Counted from the first letter of the stretch, positions 28,582 through 38,525 are shown. The stretch: 64,000 bases of DNA from Leptonemataceae bacterium (GCA_965227295.1 OZ245742.1:1984001-2048000), one strand, 5' to 3'. The notes: generated from the letters alone by a model not told the origin. Translations and numbers: made by a program.

Positions 28582-30154
28582 GAAGATCTTTCAGGCGGGG
28601 TTTCAGGTACTCCGCCATCGCTTCCGCGGCCACGGCGTTGCCGGCGTTGTTCCAGTGCATGTCGTAGGGATAATGCAGCAGCTCGTCGCCGTGAGCGCGG
28701 AAGGCCGGCAGCAGGTCACGGCATGTGAGGCCGTGTTTCGCACACATTGCCAGGATGCGTCGATTGGGTTGTTCCAGGTCGAAAGCGTCCGTGTTCAGGC
28801 CGAACCAGTCCCTGGTGGCCTCCCATTCCGCCTCGGATTGCTGAAATCTTTGCGGGTACAGAAAGTAGAACAGTGGCGCACCGTTGTTCTGCTCATCCGC
28901 AATCTCTGCCAGCACGCGTTCTTCGGTTTCGTAAAAGAGTTCTCCGCTCGGATGCAGTTCTTTCAGGAACAGTCCGAGATCGTTCTGCTGATCCCACATC
29001 ATCACCTTGCCGTCTTCGGCGGAGCGATAGTTGTAGATGGCCGTCGGCCGGAACAGACCGATCAAAGTTTCCAGACGTAAAACCAGGCGCAGGCAGCGCA
29101 GTTGGTCTTCGGGCAGCAACGAACAGACCCGGGTGCGGCCCGCGCCGCTTTCCAGGGCCGACGGCGGAAGATGGATTCTGCCGAACTCCCGGGCGTAGTA
29201 CTCGAGCGGGCTTAGATTTTCCGTGGATTGCATTAAGTATCTTTCAACGTAAGCTACGGGAAGGTCGTTGCCGATTGTGATGCCGTGGATGATAGCGTCT
29301 TCATCGAAACGGCCGCGGTTCTTGCGCAGCCAGAGCTTGAGGGACGTTTGGTCCATGGCCCTCGCCACGAAGATGCGAACCCTGCGATTCGGAAAGGCCG
29401 TCTGGAGTCGCTCTTCCAGCAACGTGGCCGCGGTCTTGCTCTGCTCCGTTCGGTAGCCGATTGTAAAACTGTCTCCGAGGAACAAGAGGCGCAGTTCGTC
29501 GGCCGGCTTCGGCAAAATCATTTCGTGATTGCTGCGGAAACCCGACGCGTTAGTGCGCACCAGGCCGGTGGAACCGTCGCCCAGGAGCATCGGTTCGTTC
29601 AGGTTCTTCTTGAGCAGGCCGGGATTTTCGCCGTCAAAGAGATCCGGAAAGTCCAGTACCTCCGACTTCGTCGCCGTATACATGCGCATATGAAAGTACA
29701 GCAACGGTAACTCGATCAAGATGATCAGGAATACGGCGTAGAACACGAGATTGCGGGTTCCGTTCAAGATTCTGACCGGCAGGGCGGTGTGCCGGGGCGC
29801 GAGGGTCATGAGCACGACGGCCGCCGCAAAGGCCGGCCACGCATAGCGGATGGACGCGAAGGCGGCGTATTTATAGGTTAAGATGGACGTCGCGAGCGCG
29901 ACGACGATCAACGAGACGGTCAGTGCGCTTTGAACGAAAGCGGTTTCGTTACGCATTGATTTATACAGAAAGTAAAGAAGGAACGCCGTTAGCAGGGGCG
30001 GAAGCGTTCCCATGAGCGTGGTGCAAATCCCGTACGGCCAGGCGGGCAGGAGCAGCCACGCGAAGGTATGGCCGATGATGAAGAGGATAAAGACGAGTAG
30101 ACTGAGGACAAAGGCCAGCGCTACAAGAGAAGGTGCGGAGCGGGGTCTCATCAT
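28562..30154 (-). CDS. Membrane-anchored SGNH/GDSL hydrolase or acyltransferase
   Basis: N-terminal TMs, TNASGFR, LGDSFTIG, GND, DMHWNNAGN. Confidence 0.82.
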   Translation of the reverse strand: MMRPRSAPSLVALAFVLSLLVFILFIIGHTFAWLLLPAWPYGICTTLMGTLPPLLTAFLLYFLYKSMRNETAFVQSALTVSLIVVALATSILTYKYAAFASIRYAWPAFAAAVVLMTLAPRHTALPVRILNGTRNLVFYAVFLIILIELPLLYFHMRMYTATKSEVLDFPDLFDGENPGLLKKNLNEPMLLGDGSTGLVRTNASGFRSNHEMILPKPADELRLLFLGDSFTIGYRTEQSKTAATLLEERLQTAFPNRRVRIFVARAMDQTSLKLWLRKNRGRFDEDAIIHGITIGNDLPVAYVERYLMQSTENLSPLEYYAREFGRIHLPPSALESGAGRTRVCSLLPEDQLRCLRLVLRLETLIGLFRPTAIYNYRSAEDGKVMMWDQQNDLGLFLKELHPSGELFYETEERVLAEIADEQNNGAPLFYFLYPQRFQQSEAEWEATRDWFGLNTDAFDLEQPNRRILAMCAKHGLTCRDLLPAFRAHGDELLHYPYDMHWNNAGNAVAAEAMAEYLKPRLKDLLKTSRK

Positions 30155-30446
30155 GCCGAAAAGTCAAGACACGTTTTGTCAGTCAATTTTGAATCGAATT
30201 CGCATCATCAAGATTGATTAACATGTTGTGTTGATTCTTTAACGAAGCGATCCAGTCTCATAGATGCAGCGGTGATTGTAATTGCCGGCGAGCCGCATAC
30301 TTTGAGTAGCCAACGGATTAGCGAAGTAGACGGTGGTGCCGGGGAATTCGCTTCGCATCAACCGCGACATACGGTATATATTGTCGCGCAGGTGGATTGT
30401 CTCAAAAAAGGGACCGCAAATGCGGAAGCTCGAACGTGATTTTTAT

Positions 30447-32423
30447 TTAGCGGTGTTCGAAGGAATCCACCATCAACGCCGGCAGCGTTGCATGATACAA
30501 CTCCGGTTCCGCATAACGCAGACTCAATGCTTCGGGCAACAGTGAAATCAGTTCGTAGTTCTGACCGTCGGAGCGATAGTGATACTGCTGTTCGCACGCA
30601 TCGTTTCGGCGCGGGTCGCGAGGCAGCGCGTCCAGGAACTCCGGAACCAGGCCGGGAATCCAGTCGTCCGTCGACATACCCATGCAACTGCGCCGGGCGA
30701 ACCACTGGTTCTGCGTCTGCGGATAGCTGCCGCTTTTTGCTTTATATCGTTCCAGGGCCGCGGCGATTGGCCGCAAATCTTTCAAGCGTTCTTCATCGCG
30801 CGCCAGAAACACATCGGGGCCGAGCTTCGCGAAGTCCAGGTCCGCCGGCCCGGGATCGGCGATCATACCCAGGGGCACGTTATGGTAACGTACGCCGTCG
30901 CGATGTTTGTACCCGGCGGGCAGGCTGCCGACGTGTCCGGCCAGAAAGATCAGATCCACGTTGCGTTCCTCGTAGAACTGCCAGGGATCCGCGTGCGGAT
31001 CGCGCGACAACACATTGATCTCAAAGCCGATGACGTCCGTTTCGCTGCAGGTCTTACCGGCGTTCTCAAAGGGAACGCAGAGCAAGTGCGGATCGATGTT
31101 CGCCGCGATGACGACGGGAGAATCGTCGTTGGCCGGAAGACTATGCTCGATCTTTTGCAAGAGAGTACGCATGGGATGCGTGTCGCGCGCGGGCAGTATC
31201 CAGGCATACGTCAGAATCGACAGAACCGCGAGGCCCGCGCCAATGAAGTAGAGTCGGCGGTGCCGCCGTTCGGTGCCGTCCTCGTCCAGCTCAAGGGCGC
31301 TCGCGGCCGCAACGACGGCCGCCGGCAGCAGACCGGCCATGAATTCGGTACGCGGAAAGAGCAAAAGGATGCTCGCCAGATGCACGAGCACGATCAACAC
31401 CGGCACGATCCAGGGCAGGCGTTCCTGCCAGGGCGTTTGCGTGAGCGAAAGACCTCGCGCGTGAATCAACAGACGCACCACCGCATACCCAAAAAAAGCG
31501 CCCGTTAGAACCTGGTGCAACATCGTGGAATCGAAGCCGGCCTGGGCGTGGCTCAGGAATAATCCGAACTGAGCGAAAGTTAGTGGTACGTTGCGCAGAA
31601 CGTGCAGGAGCATATAAACCGGGCGCAGACGAAAGGCCTCAATGAGTCCGGGAAGTTCGGTGCCGAAGATTTCTTTGTTCAACGGCCCGGAGTGCACCAT
31701 CCAGGACGCATCGAGACCCCGGGACCATACCTCCGCGAGCGCGACGTGTTGCGCGAGCGTCAGTCGGCCGCGCTCAACGAAGTCCGGGCATACGATCACC
31801 AGGGCAGCGACTGCGATGAGCGGAGCCGCGGTGGCCGCCAGGATGCGCGTGCGGCGCGGGAGTTCCCGGGATTGCAGCGACATCCATACGACGTAGGCCG
31901 CGAGTAAAAACGAAGGAACAAGGAAATCCAGGCGTAGAAACGGCCCCGCGCCGATGAGCAGGATCAACCAGGGAAAGCGTCGATGGCCCGCGCGCGGGAC
32001 CAGGAGCAACACGGCGGCATAGAGAATGAACTGTACGGCGTACTGCGGCATCTCCCGCAAAAGAAACAAAGCGGGCATGATGATCAGACTCACCAGCGCC
32101 GCCGTGAACGCCGAAGCGTACAGGCGGGCCAGGGCGTAGCCCGTGCACACCGCGGCGCCGAGAAAGAAGTATGAGTGCGCGTAGAACAGTTCCGTCACGG
32201 ACTTCGTAAAGAGCGCGATGATTTTGATCAGCAGCGTGTAGAGGGGAAAGAGGGACGTGACGCTCAGCAACTCCGGGAGCCGCAGGTTGGAGCCGCGCAC
32301 ATAGACGCCGAAGTCGCCGCTCATGGGCAGGTCCCAGCCCGGGATGGAAAGAACGAAGACGGCCGTAAAAAAGAGCAGCGTCAGCGGAAACCAGAGAAGG
32401 TCTTTGCTCCGGAGGGCCGCCAT
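30447..32423 (-). CDS. Polytopic membrane protein, GT-C (PMT/ArnT-like) N-terminus with C-terminal GspG/pilin-like domain
   Basis: D-x-x-x-Y after TM1, PLY motif, many TMs. C-terminus DLRPIAAALERYKAKSGSYP...LVPEFLDALPRDP...YHYRSDGQNYELIS. Confidence 0.55.
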   Translation of the reverse strand: MAALRSKDLLWFPLTLLFFTAVFVLSIPGWDLPMSGDFGVYVRGSNLRLPELLSVTSLFPLYTLLIKIIALFTKSVTELFYAHSYFFLGAAVCTGYALARLYASAFTAALVSLIIMPALFLLREMPQYAVQFILYAAVLLLVPRAGHRRFPWLILLIGAGPFLRLDFLVPSFLLAAYVVWMSLQSRELPRRTRILAATAAPLIAVAALVIVCPDFVERGRLTLAQHVALAEVWSRGLDASWMVHSGPLNKEIFGTELPGLIEAFRLRPVYMLLHVLRNVPLTFAQFGLFLSHAQAGFDSTMLHQVLTGAFFGYAVVRLLIHARGLSLTQTPWQERLPWIVPVLIVLVHLASILLLFPRTEFMAGLLPAAVVAAASALELDEDGTERRHRRLYFIGAGLAVLSILTYAWILPARDTHPMRTLLQKIEHSLPANDDSPVVIAANIDPHLLCVPFENAGKTCSETDVIGFEINVLSRDPHADPWQFYEERNVDLIFLAGHVGSLPAGYKHRDGVRYHNVPLGMIADPGPADLDFAKLGPDVFLARDEERLKDLRPIAAALERYKAKSGSYPQTQNQWFARRSCMGMSTDDWIPGLVPEFLDALPRDPRRNDACEQQYHYRSDGQNYELISLLPEALSLRYAEPELYHATLPALMVDSFEHR

Positions 32424-32424
32424 G

Positions 32425-33222
32425 TCATTCCTCCCGTTGGATTTCGGGGAAGAATCTGCGAATGCCGAACACGCCGGCGTAAATGAACGGCGTATCGATG
32501 AGCGCCATGGCTAACTTCGTTACGTACACGGTTAAGATGACCTGGATCACCGACACCGGTTTCTCCGCGGTGGGCACCCAGAAGGGCATCTCGAAGTAGA
32601 AGTACAGAAAAATTCCGCTTACGATGAACGTATCCGCGAGCTGAGAGACGGCCGTCGAGCCGTTATTGCGCAGCCACAGATGTTTGCCGCCGGTGAGGCG
32701 GCGCCAGAAGTGAAACAGAAAGTTGTCGAGTAACTGCGCCGTGAGATACGCGAGCATCGAAGAGAACAACAGAATGCCCGGGGCCTCGAACGTGAACGTG
32801 TACGCGGCCTGGGCGGCCTGCGCACTGATGGCGATGATCTCCCCCGCGTCGTTCTTGATGTACATGTCCGGATGAAAGAACTCCGCGAAACCGGGGCGGA
32901 TGGTCCAGATTTCGGCCGGCGGTACGGCCTTGGCGATGTTCAGCACGCCCAACATCAAAAGCGAAATCAGAAAACCGTAGATGACCATGAGATCGGCCCG
33001 GCGTTTGCCCCAGGTTTCGGAGACGATGTCCGTAAACCAGAAGGTCAACGGGTACGTGATGATGCCCGTGGTGAGCACGAAGCCGGTGCCGAAAAGTCCC
33101 CGGGGCAGGCTTTCTCCGAACATAATGAAAAGCTTCGTGCCGATCATGTTCGTGATGACCAGGATGCCCACAAAGGCGCTGGCCAAAAAGACGTAGAGTT
33201 TATCGCCGCGGCTCATAAACAA
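32425..33222 (-). CDS. yhhQ: Queuosine precursor transporter (YhhQ/Vut_1)
   Basis: NMIGTK, YPLTFWFTDIVSETWG, SMLAYLTAQLLD, LWLRNNGSTAVSQLADT, DTPF. Confidence 0.88.
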   Translation of the reverse strand: MFMSRGDKLYVFLASAFVGILVITNMIGTKLFIMFGESLPRGLFGTGFVLTTGIITYPLTFWFTDIVSETWGKRRADLMVIYGFLISLLMLGVLNIAKAVPPAEIWTIRPGFAEFFHPDMYIKNDAGEIIAISAQAAQAAYTFTFEAPGILLFSSMLAYLTAQLLDNFLFHFWRRLTGGKHLWLRNNGSTAVSQLADTFIVSGIFLYFYFEMPFWVPTAEKPVSVIQVILTVYVTKLAMALIDTPFIYAGVFGIRRFFPEIQREE

Positions 33223-33231
33223 TTTACCAGG

Positions 33232-34638
33232 TCATCTTAAGAACAGGAAGTACAGAATCAACAACAGTCCGAGTCCGTAGAGAATCGGCGAGACCTCCCG
33301 CCACCGTCCGGAGAGCAACTTGATCACCGGATAGGCGATGAAACCCAGGGCGATGCCGTCGGCGATGCTGTACGAAAGCGGAATGCCCAGGATGATCACG
33401 AAGGCCGGAACGCTTTCGCTGAAATCGTCGAGGGCGATGCTGCGTACGTTTTGCAGCATCATGGCGCCGACCAGAAGCAACGCCGGGGCCGTCACCGGGG
33501 CGTACGAACCCACCATGCCGACGATGGGACTGAAGAACAAGGCCAGCAAGAACAAAGCGGCCGTAACCAGCGAGGCCAGGCCGGTGCGCGCGCCCTGGGC
33601 AATGCCCGACGCGCTTTCGATGTACGAGGTGACCGTGGAGGTACCGAGGGCTGCTCCGGCGACGGTGCCGGTGGCGTCCGCGAGAAAGGCACGGTTCGCC
33701 CGGGGCAGTTTGTTGTTCCGCATGAAGCCGCCCTGTTCGCCCACGGCGACCAGGGTGCCCATGGTATCGAACAAATCAATAAACAGAAAGATGATCACCA
33801 GCGGAATCATCGCGAGCGAAACGGCCCCGGCCAGGTCCATGGCAAAGAGCGTAGGACGAATGTCCGGAGGCAGGGAAAACACGCCGACGGCGGGCTGAAA
33901 GCGAGTCATTAACATACTCTCAGCGACAATTTGCGATTCCGCGGCCGTGGGAAAGAGCGCGAGCCCGTACCGTAACGCCAGGGCGAAGAGCGTGCTTGCG
34001 AGGATGCCCCAGAGAATGGCGCCGGGCAAGCGGCGGACGAACAGCGCCGTCGTAACGATGAGCCCGAAGAAAAAGACGATGAGGTCCGGTGAGGCGAAGG
34101 CCGTGTTGAGTTCCACGGCGGTGGCCTCATTGTTGAGAATCAGGCCGGTGTTCCGCAGGCCGACGAACGCAATGAACAAACCGATGCCCACGGCGATGCC
34201 GTTCTTGAGCGACGGGCTCACCGCGTTCATCAACAGCTCGCGCAAACCGGAGAGCGAAATCAACAGGAACAAGACGCCGGCCACGAAGACCACGCCGAGC
34301 GCCGTCTGCCAGCCCGCGCCGAAGCCGGCGGCCGCGGCGGCGGGCACCACGCCGAACACGAAAAAGAAGTTCGCGCCCATGCCCGGGGCGAGGGCCACGG
34401 GATAACGCGCGGCCAGGGCCATGACGATCGTTGCAAAGGCCGCCGCCAGGCACGTCGCCGTTGTTGCCGCGCCGATGTCCAGGCCGTTGGGAGCACCGAA
34501 CATCTCACCGGAGATGACGGCGGGGTTTACGAAGATGATGTAGGACATCGTCAGGAATGTGACGATGCCGCCGAAGACTTCGGTGCGTAGATCGCTGCCG
34601 GACTCGGCCAGCTTGAAGTAACGTCGGAGAAAATCCAG
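33232..34638 (-). CDS. NCS2-family (AzgA/PbuG-like) purine permease; probable non-canonical CTG start
   Basis: RYFKLAESGSDLRTEVFGGIVTFLTMSYIIFVNP, LAPGMG, DLFDTMGTL, TSYIESASG, GARTGL, YSIADGI. Confidence 0.9.
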   Translation of the reverse strand: MDFLRRYFKLAESGSDLRTEVFGGIVTFLTMSYIIFVNPAVISGEMFGAPNGLDIGAATTATCLAAAFATIVMALAARYPVALAPGMGANFFFVFGVVPAAAAAGFGAGWQTALGVVFVAGVLFLLISLSGLRELLMNAVSPSLKNGIAVGIGLFIAFVGLRNTGLILNNEATAVELNTAFASPDLIVFFFGLIVTTALFVRRLPGAILWGILASTLFALALRYGLALFPTAAESQIVAESMLMTRFQPAVGVFSLPPDIRPTLFAMDLAGAVSLAMIPLVIIFLFIDLFDTMGTLVAVGEQGGFMRNNKLPRANRAFLADATGTVAGAALGTSTVTSYIESASGIAQGARTGLASLVTAALFLLALFFSPIVGMVGSYAPVTAPALLLVGAMMLQNVRSIALDDFSESVPAFVIILGIPLSYSIADGIALGFIAYPVIKLLSGRWREVSPILYGLGLLLILYFLFLR

Positions 34639-34641
34639 GGC

Positions 34642-36231
34642 TCAGGCCTCGTCTTGTTGTGACGTGCCGGCGGCCAGCGAGGACGGATCCTGTTCCAGGG
34701 CCTCGGCGAAGAGGGCTTGCGCGTCGCCGCGTTTTTCGGCGTTCTCGTTGACGAGGGAGATCATGTGATCGGCCAGCTCCTCGATGCGCGAGATTTCCGG
34801 ACGCAGGGAGTTCGACTCCGAGGTGAGCGCGGTCATGTCCTTTTCCATGCGACCCAGGGCCGAGGCGACTTCTTCGCCGGACGCCTTCTGATGGCCGGCG
34901 TTGCGCGCGATGTCGCCGGAGAGGCGGGACATTTGTTCGAGCTGGTCCAGCAGGGACTGGTTCAACTTCTGCTGACGCGTGAAGATCTGCTGGAGGTTCT
35001 TCATGTTTTCGTCGATCTTGATCAGTTCTTCCTGCTGCGCGCGGACCCGCTCACTAACATCACCTGAGCTTTCCTTAACCTGGTCCGTCAAAGTGCGGGA
35101 CTGTTTGATGATGTCGGCGATGCTGCGGGCGTTGTTTACGGAGTAGTCCGCGAGCTTGCCGATCTCCGCCGCGACCACGGCGAAACCGCGGCCGGCCTCT
35201 CCGGCGCGCGCGGCTTCAATGGAGGCGTTGAGCGAAAGCAGGTTCGTCTGGTCGGCGATGTTCGCCATGACCGAGTTGATCTTGCCCAGGCGCGAGAGTG
35301 ACTCGAGGATTTTCAGGACGCTTTCGTTCGTGCTCTGCACGGACTGGTTCACCTCGTTGACGTAAGCGCGGGCGCGGGCCGAGGTCTGGGCCAGGTTTTC
35401 GGTGGAGACGATGATGTCGTTCAGAATGGCACCCATCTCGGTGCCCTGGTTTTGCAGTTCGGTGAGGCGTTCTTTTTGTTTCTCGACGCTGGTGGTGGTG
35501 TTCGTCGACGCCACGGCGAAGCCTTCGACGATGGCGGACATCTCGACGACGGAGCCGGCCTGGGACTCCATGCGTTCGAGCATGTTATCGAGGAACTCGT
35601 TGAACTGCGAGATGGATTTTTTGAGTACACTGACGGCCATGGCCGTGTTCATGCGGTTGTCTTCGAGACGTTGGTAGGCGTCTTCCAGGTCGTCGCCTTT
35701 CTGCTGGGCGGCCGCGGTGATGCCGGGCACCGCGAATCGCAGGACGATGCCGAGGACCAGGAGCGCACCGCTGTAGACCGCCACGTAGCCGACAAGCCGC
35801 GCGTTCGGTTCGCTCAGGGCCAGGTTCGCGGCGGCGTAGAGGATGGCCGCGAGCAGGCCGGCCACGGGAACGAAGCGTCGTCCGGCGCCGCCGGGGAGCA
35901 ACGCCGCGCCGATGGGCAGGATCATGAGGGCGTCGGCGCGGATCAGGGCTTTGCCGACGAATTCAGCGCCGGCAATGGAAGCGGCGATCACGGCCAGGTC
36001 GAGAACCAGCAGGACCTGGCTCAGCCCCGGCCTGGGTGAACGACGGGTGAGCAGGAATTCGACGAGGGTCAGTACCAGCAGGAACCCGCCGCAGCCGGCG
36101 TAGAGGGTGGTGATCTGGAGTGCTTCGGAGTTGCCCGCGTGCAGGCCGGCCAATGCAAAAAAGGCCGCGGCCAGGATCAGTCGCACGAGGGCGGAGATTC
36201 GCGTGCGGCCGGTCTGTTTCCCATCATCCAT
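34642..36231 (-). CDS. Methyl-accepting chemotaxis protein with multi-TM N-terminus
   Basis: About 5 TMs, [37 protein letters not shown]. Start placed at ATG 36231. Confidence 0.9.
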   Translation of the reverse strand: MDDGKQTGRTRISALVRLILAAAFFALAGLHAGNSEALQITTLYAGCGGFLLVLTLVEFLLTRRSPRPGLSQVLLVLDLAVIAASIAGAEFVGKALIRADALMILPIGAALLPGGAGRRFVPVAGLLAAILYAAANLALSEPNARLVGYVAVYSGALLVLGIVLRFAVPGITAAAQQKGDDLEDAYQRLEDNRMNTAMAVSVLKKSISQFNEFLDNMLERMESQAGSVVEMSAIVEGFAVASTNTTTSVEKQKERLTELQNQGTEMGAILNDIIVSTENLAQTSARARAYVNEVNQSVQSTNESVLKILESLSRLGKINSVMANIADQTNLLSLNASIEAARAGEAGRGFAVVAAEIGKLADYSVNNARSIADIIKQSRTLTDQVKESSGDVSERVRAQQEELIKIDENMKNLQQIFTRQQKLNQSLLDQLEQMSRLSGDIARNAGHQKASGEEVASALGRMEKDMTALTSESNSLRPEISRIEELADHMISLVNENAEKRGDAQALFAEALEQDPSSLAAGTSQQDEA

Positions 36232-36353
36232 ATCGTACCGCCAGCAATACATGCTGGAGCCGATTACGCAAGTCATATCCAGCCGGCGTGGACAATCTGT
36301 GGGTTCCGACACGGCCCGAAAGAAGAGTGAGGTAAGTGAAACAAGAATCTTTC

Positions 36354-36596
36354 GGGCGCGTCGGCGCTCCGCGCCGACCGGGCTGCTCCGGGCTGCTCCG
36401 GGCTCCGCTGTCGCTGCGGTCGCGCTGCGCGCGACGGCCTTCGGCCCCCTGCACATCCCTCGCGCGAAGAGCTTTGGATTTCAAGCGTGAGGGACACGTA
36501 GGGTGGCGCGCAGCGCCAGTCTCAGCCGTCCTCGGCTGAGACCGCAGCGAAGCGGAGCCCGGAGTGGCCCGACCCCGCGCACAGCGCGGGGGCACG
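36354..36596. repeat. Inverted doublet of GC-rich palindromic (REP/REPIN-like) elements
   Basis: 36354-36465 (reverse) and 36485-36596 share GCGYGAGGGA...GACCGCAGCGA.AGCGGAGCCCGGAG..GCCCG-hairpin-CGCCC. Confidence 0.7.
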
Positions 36597-38480
36597 GTGT
36601 GCCCGGCATGGGCGATGACTACCGGTGAGAGTCCGGAACCGTAGGTCAGCAAAACGGTTAGCAGAGGGCAAGGGTTCCATCGCGAGGTGTGGCCTGAAGG
36701 AAGCCGTATGCGAAATTCCGATCCGACGAACAGGAATCTGATGAGGCTGGTGTCCCCGGGCAAGTCTGCCGTACAAGACGAAGCCCGCTGACCGAATGGG
36801 GGCACGAGTAGATCAGGCGGGTGCGGAAGGAAAGCCATCGTTCTTACCCGGGGAGGTCTGCGTGCACGGCGTCTTAAATGGCGCGGAAGATCGGGCGACC
36901 GATATTCCAGGGTGCGCGCAGAAGTCAGCAGAGGCCATAGTAAGCCGTGCGATGCAGTTTCCAGAGCGATAGGCATCAAACGGACGAAGGGCCGAACGAT
37001 ATTTCAGAGGGGAAAGCGGTAATCCTGAATCATGCAGTATGAGCTGGACTTCGTGTTGGCGGTATCATGCCCGGCGATTACCGGTGGAAACCTCGCGGAT
37101 GAATCGAGGATGAGTGATAAGAATCACGCAACGACGAATCTGATGGATCGGATTCTTGAGCGCGAGAACATGGAACGTGCGTTGCGCCGGGTCATTTCCA
37201 ATAAAGGGAAGCCCGGCGTGGACGGTGTAACGGTGGAGGCGCTCAAGCCGTATCTTAAGGTACATTGGGAACGTATTAAGCAAGAGCTTCGTGACGGTCG
37301 CTACCGACCGCAGCCGGTGCGCCGGGTGGAAATCCCGAAGCCGGACGGCGGCGTGCGTCTGCTGGGTATCCCATGTGCCGTGGATCGTTTGATCCAGCAG
37401 GCCGTGTTACAGGTTCTGAATCCGATCTTCGATGCGAAATTCTCGGAATCCAGCTACGGTTTCCGGCCGGGGCGCAGTGCTCACGATGCGGTGCGCGCGG
37501 CCCGGGATCACGTACGCGCCGGATTCACGATCGTCGTGGACATCGACATCGAAAAGTTTTTCGACAACGTAAACCACGACATCTTGATGGCCCGGGTTGC
37601 ACGCACGCTCAAAGACAAAGCGGTGCTGAAGCTGCTGCGTCGCTATCTCCAGGCGGGCGTGCTGATTAACGGCGTGCGTCTGGTGGGCGAAGAGGGTGTG
37701 CCGCAGGGTGGGCCGATCAGCCCGCTGCTGGCGAACATCATGCTGGACGACCTGGACCGGGAACTGGAAAAACGCGGCCATCGCTTCTGTCGTTACGCCG
37801 ATGATTGCAACATCTATGTGCGATCCATGGGCGCGGGACGCAGGGTGAAGGCGAGCATTACTAAGTTCCTGGAAAAGAAACTTAAGCTGCGGGTGAACCC
37901 GGCGAAGAGTGCGGTGGATTATCCCCGGAAACGTAAGTTCCTGGGGTTTCGCATCCTGCGCCGCAAGAAGGGCGGGGTGCAAATCTTTATCGCGGAGCGT
38001 TCCATCGAACGACTGAAGGACGGCATCCGGCGGCTCACCAGAGCCCGGACGCCGATCTCATTCGAGGAACGCATCCGCCGACTGGTCGTGTATCTGCGCG
38101 GCTGGGCGGCATATTTCGCGCCGGGCGAAAACACCGCGGCCTTGAGCAAGATCTCCCAGTGGATGCGCCATCGGCTGCGCATGTGTCTGTGGCGACAGTG
38201 GCGACTCCCGCGAACTCAGATTCGGGAACTCACCAACAGAGGGCTCTCCTTGCGAGATGCATTCCGGCTCGTCACCATGGCACGCAGCAAAGGCCCCTGG
38301 CGCATCTCCGGCACTCACCTGATGGGAATCGCCTTCTCTCCCGGCTACTTTCGCCGGCTCGGCCTCCTGAACATCGAAGAATTTTGCTTACGTAGCCGTC
38401 AAGGATATCGAACCGCCGTATACGGACCCGTACGTACGGTGGTGTGAGGGGCGGCGGGGAGAACCCGCCGCCTACTCGAT
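36597..38480 (+). mobile_element. Group II intron, class C
   Basis: 5' GTGTGCCCGGCATGGG; class C landmarks TTCTTACCCGGGGAGGTCTG and GAAGTCAGCAGAGGCCATAGTA; domain V GAACCGCCGTATACGGACCCGTACGTACGGTGGTGTGAGGGG; domain VI ending CTACTCGAT; inserted 5 nt after a hairpin. Confidence 0.95.
37032..38447 (+). CDS. ltrA: Group II intron reverse transcriptase/maturase without endonuclease domain
   Basis: PGVDG, RRVEIPKPDGGVRLLGIP, SYGFRPGRS, DIEKFFD, GVPQGGPISP, RYADD, FLGF, LRGWAAYF. Stop lies near domain V. Confidence 0.95.
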   Translation: MQYELDFVLAVSCPAITGGNLADESRMSDKNHATTNLMDRILERENMERALRRVISNKGKPGVDGVTVEALKPYLKVHWERIKQELRDGRYRPQPVRRVEIPKPDGGVRLLGIPCAVDRLIQQAVLQVLNPIFDAKFSESSYGFRPGRSAHDAVRAARDHVRAGFTIVVDIDIEKFFDNVNHDILMARVARTLKDKAVLKLLRRYLQAGVLINGVRLVGEEGVPQGGPISPLLANIMLDDLDRELEKRGHRFCRYADDCNIYVRSMGAGRRVKASITKFLEKKLKLRVNPAKSAVDYPRKRKFLGFRILRRKKGGVQIFIAERSIERLKDGIRRLTRARTPISFEERIRRLVVYLRGWAAYFAPGENTAALSKISQWMRHRLRMCLWRQWRLPRTQIRELTNRGLSLRDAFRLVTMARSKGPWRISGTHLMGIAFSPGYFRRLGLLNIEEFCLRSRQGYRTAVYGPVRTVV

Positions 38481-38525
38481 CCCAAAAAAAACTCACCTGA
38501 GTTACTGCCCCATGATCCGGGGTGT

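Noticed and set aside
30363..30388. CGCGACA-N12-TGTCGCG dyad in an AT-rich spacer
   Set aside because: A single short dyad with no linked regulator; could be chance.
36224..36979. 251-aa ORF and the extended MCP N-terminus to 36456
   Set aside because: They run through palindromic repeats and intron RNA domains; the composition is not protein-like.
37032..38447. Reverse transcriptase as retron, DGR or defence RT
   Set aside because: It is flanked by canonical group IIC intron 5' end and domains V and VI and has a maturase domain, so it is an ordinary intron-encoded protein.
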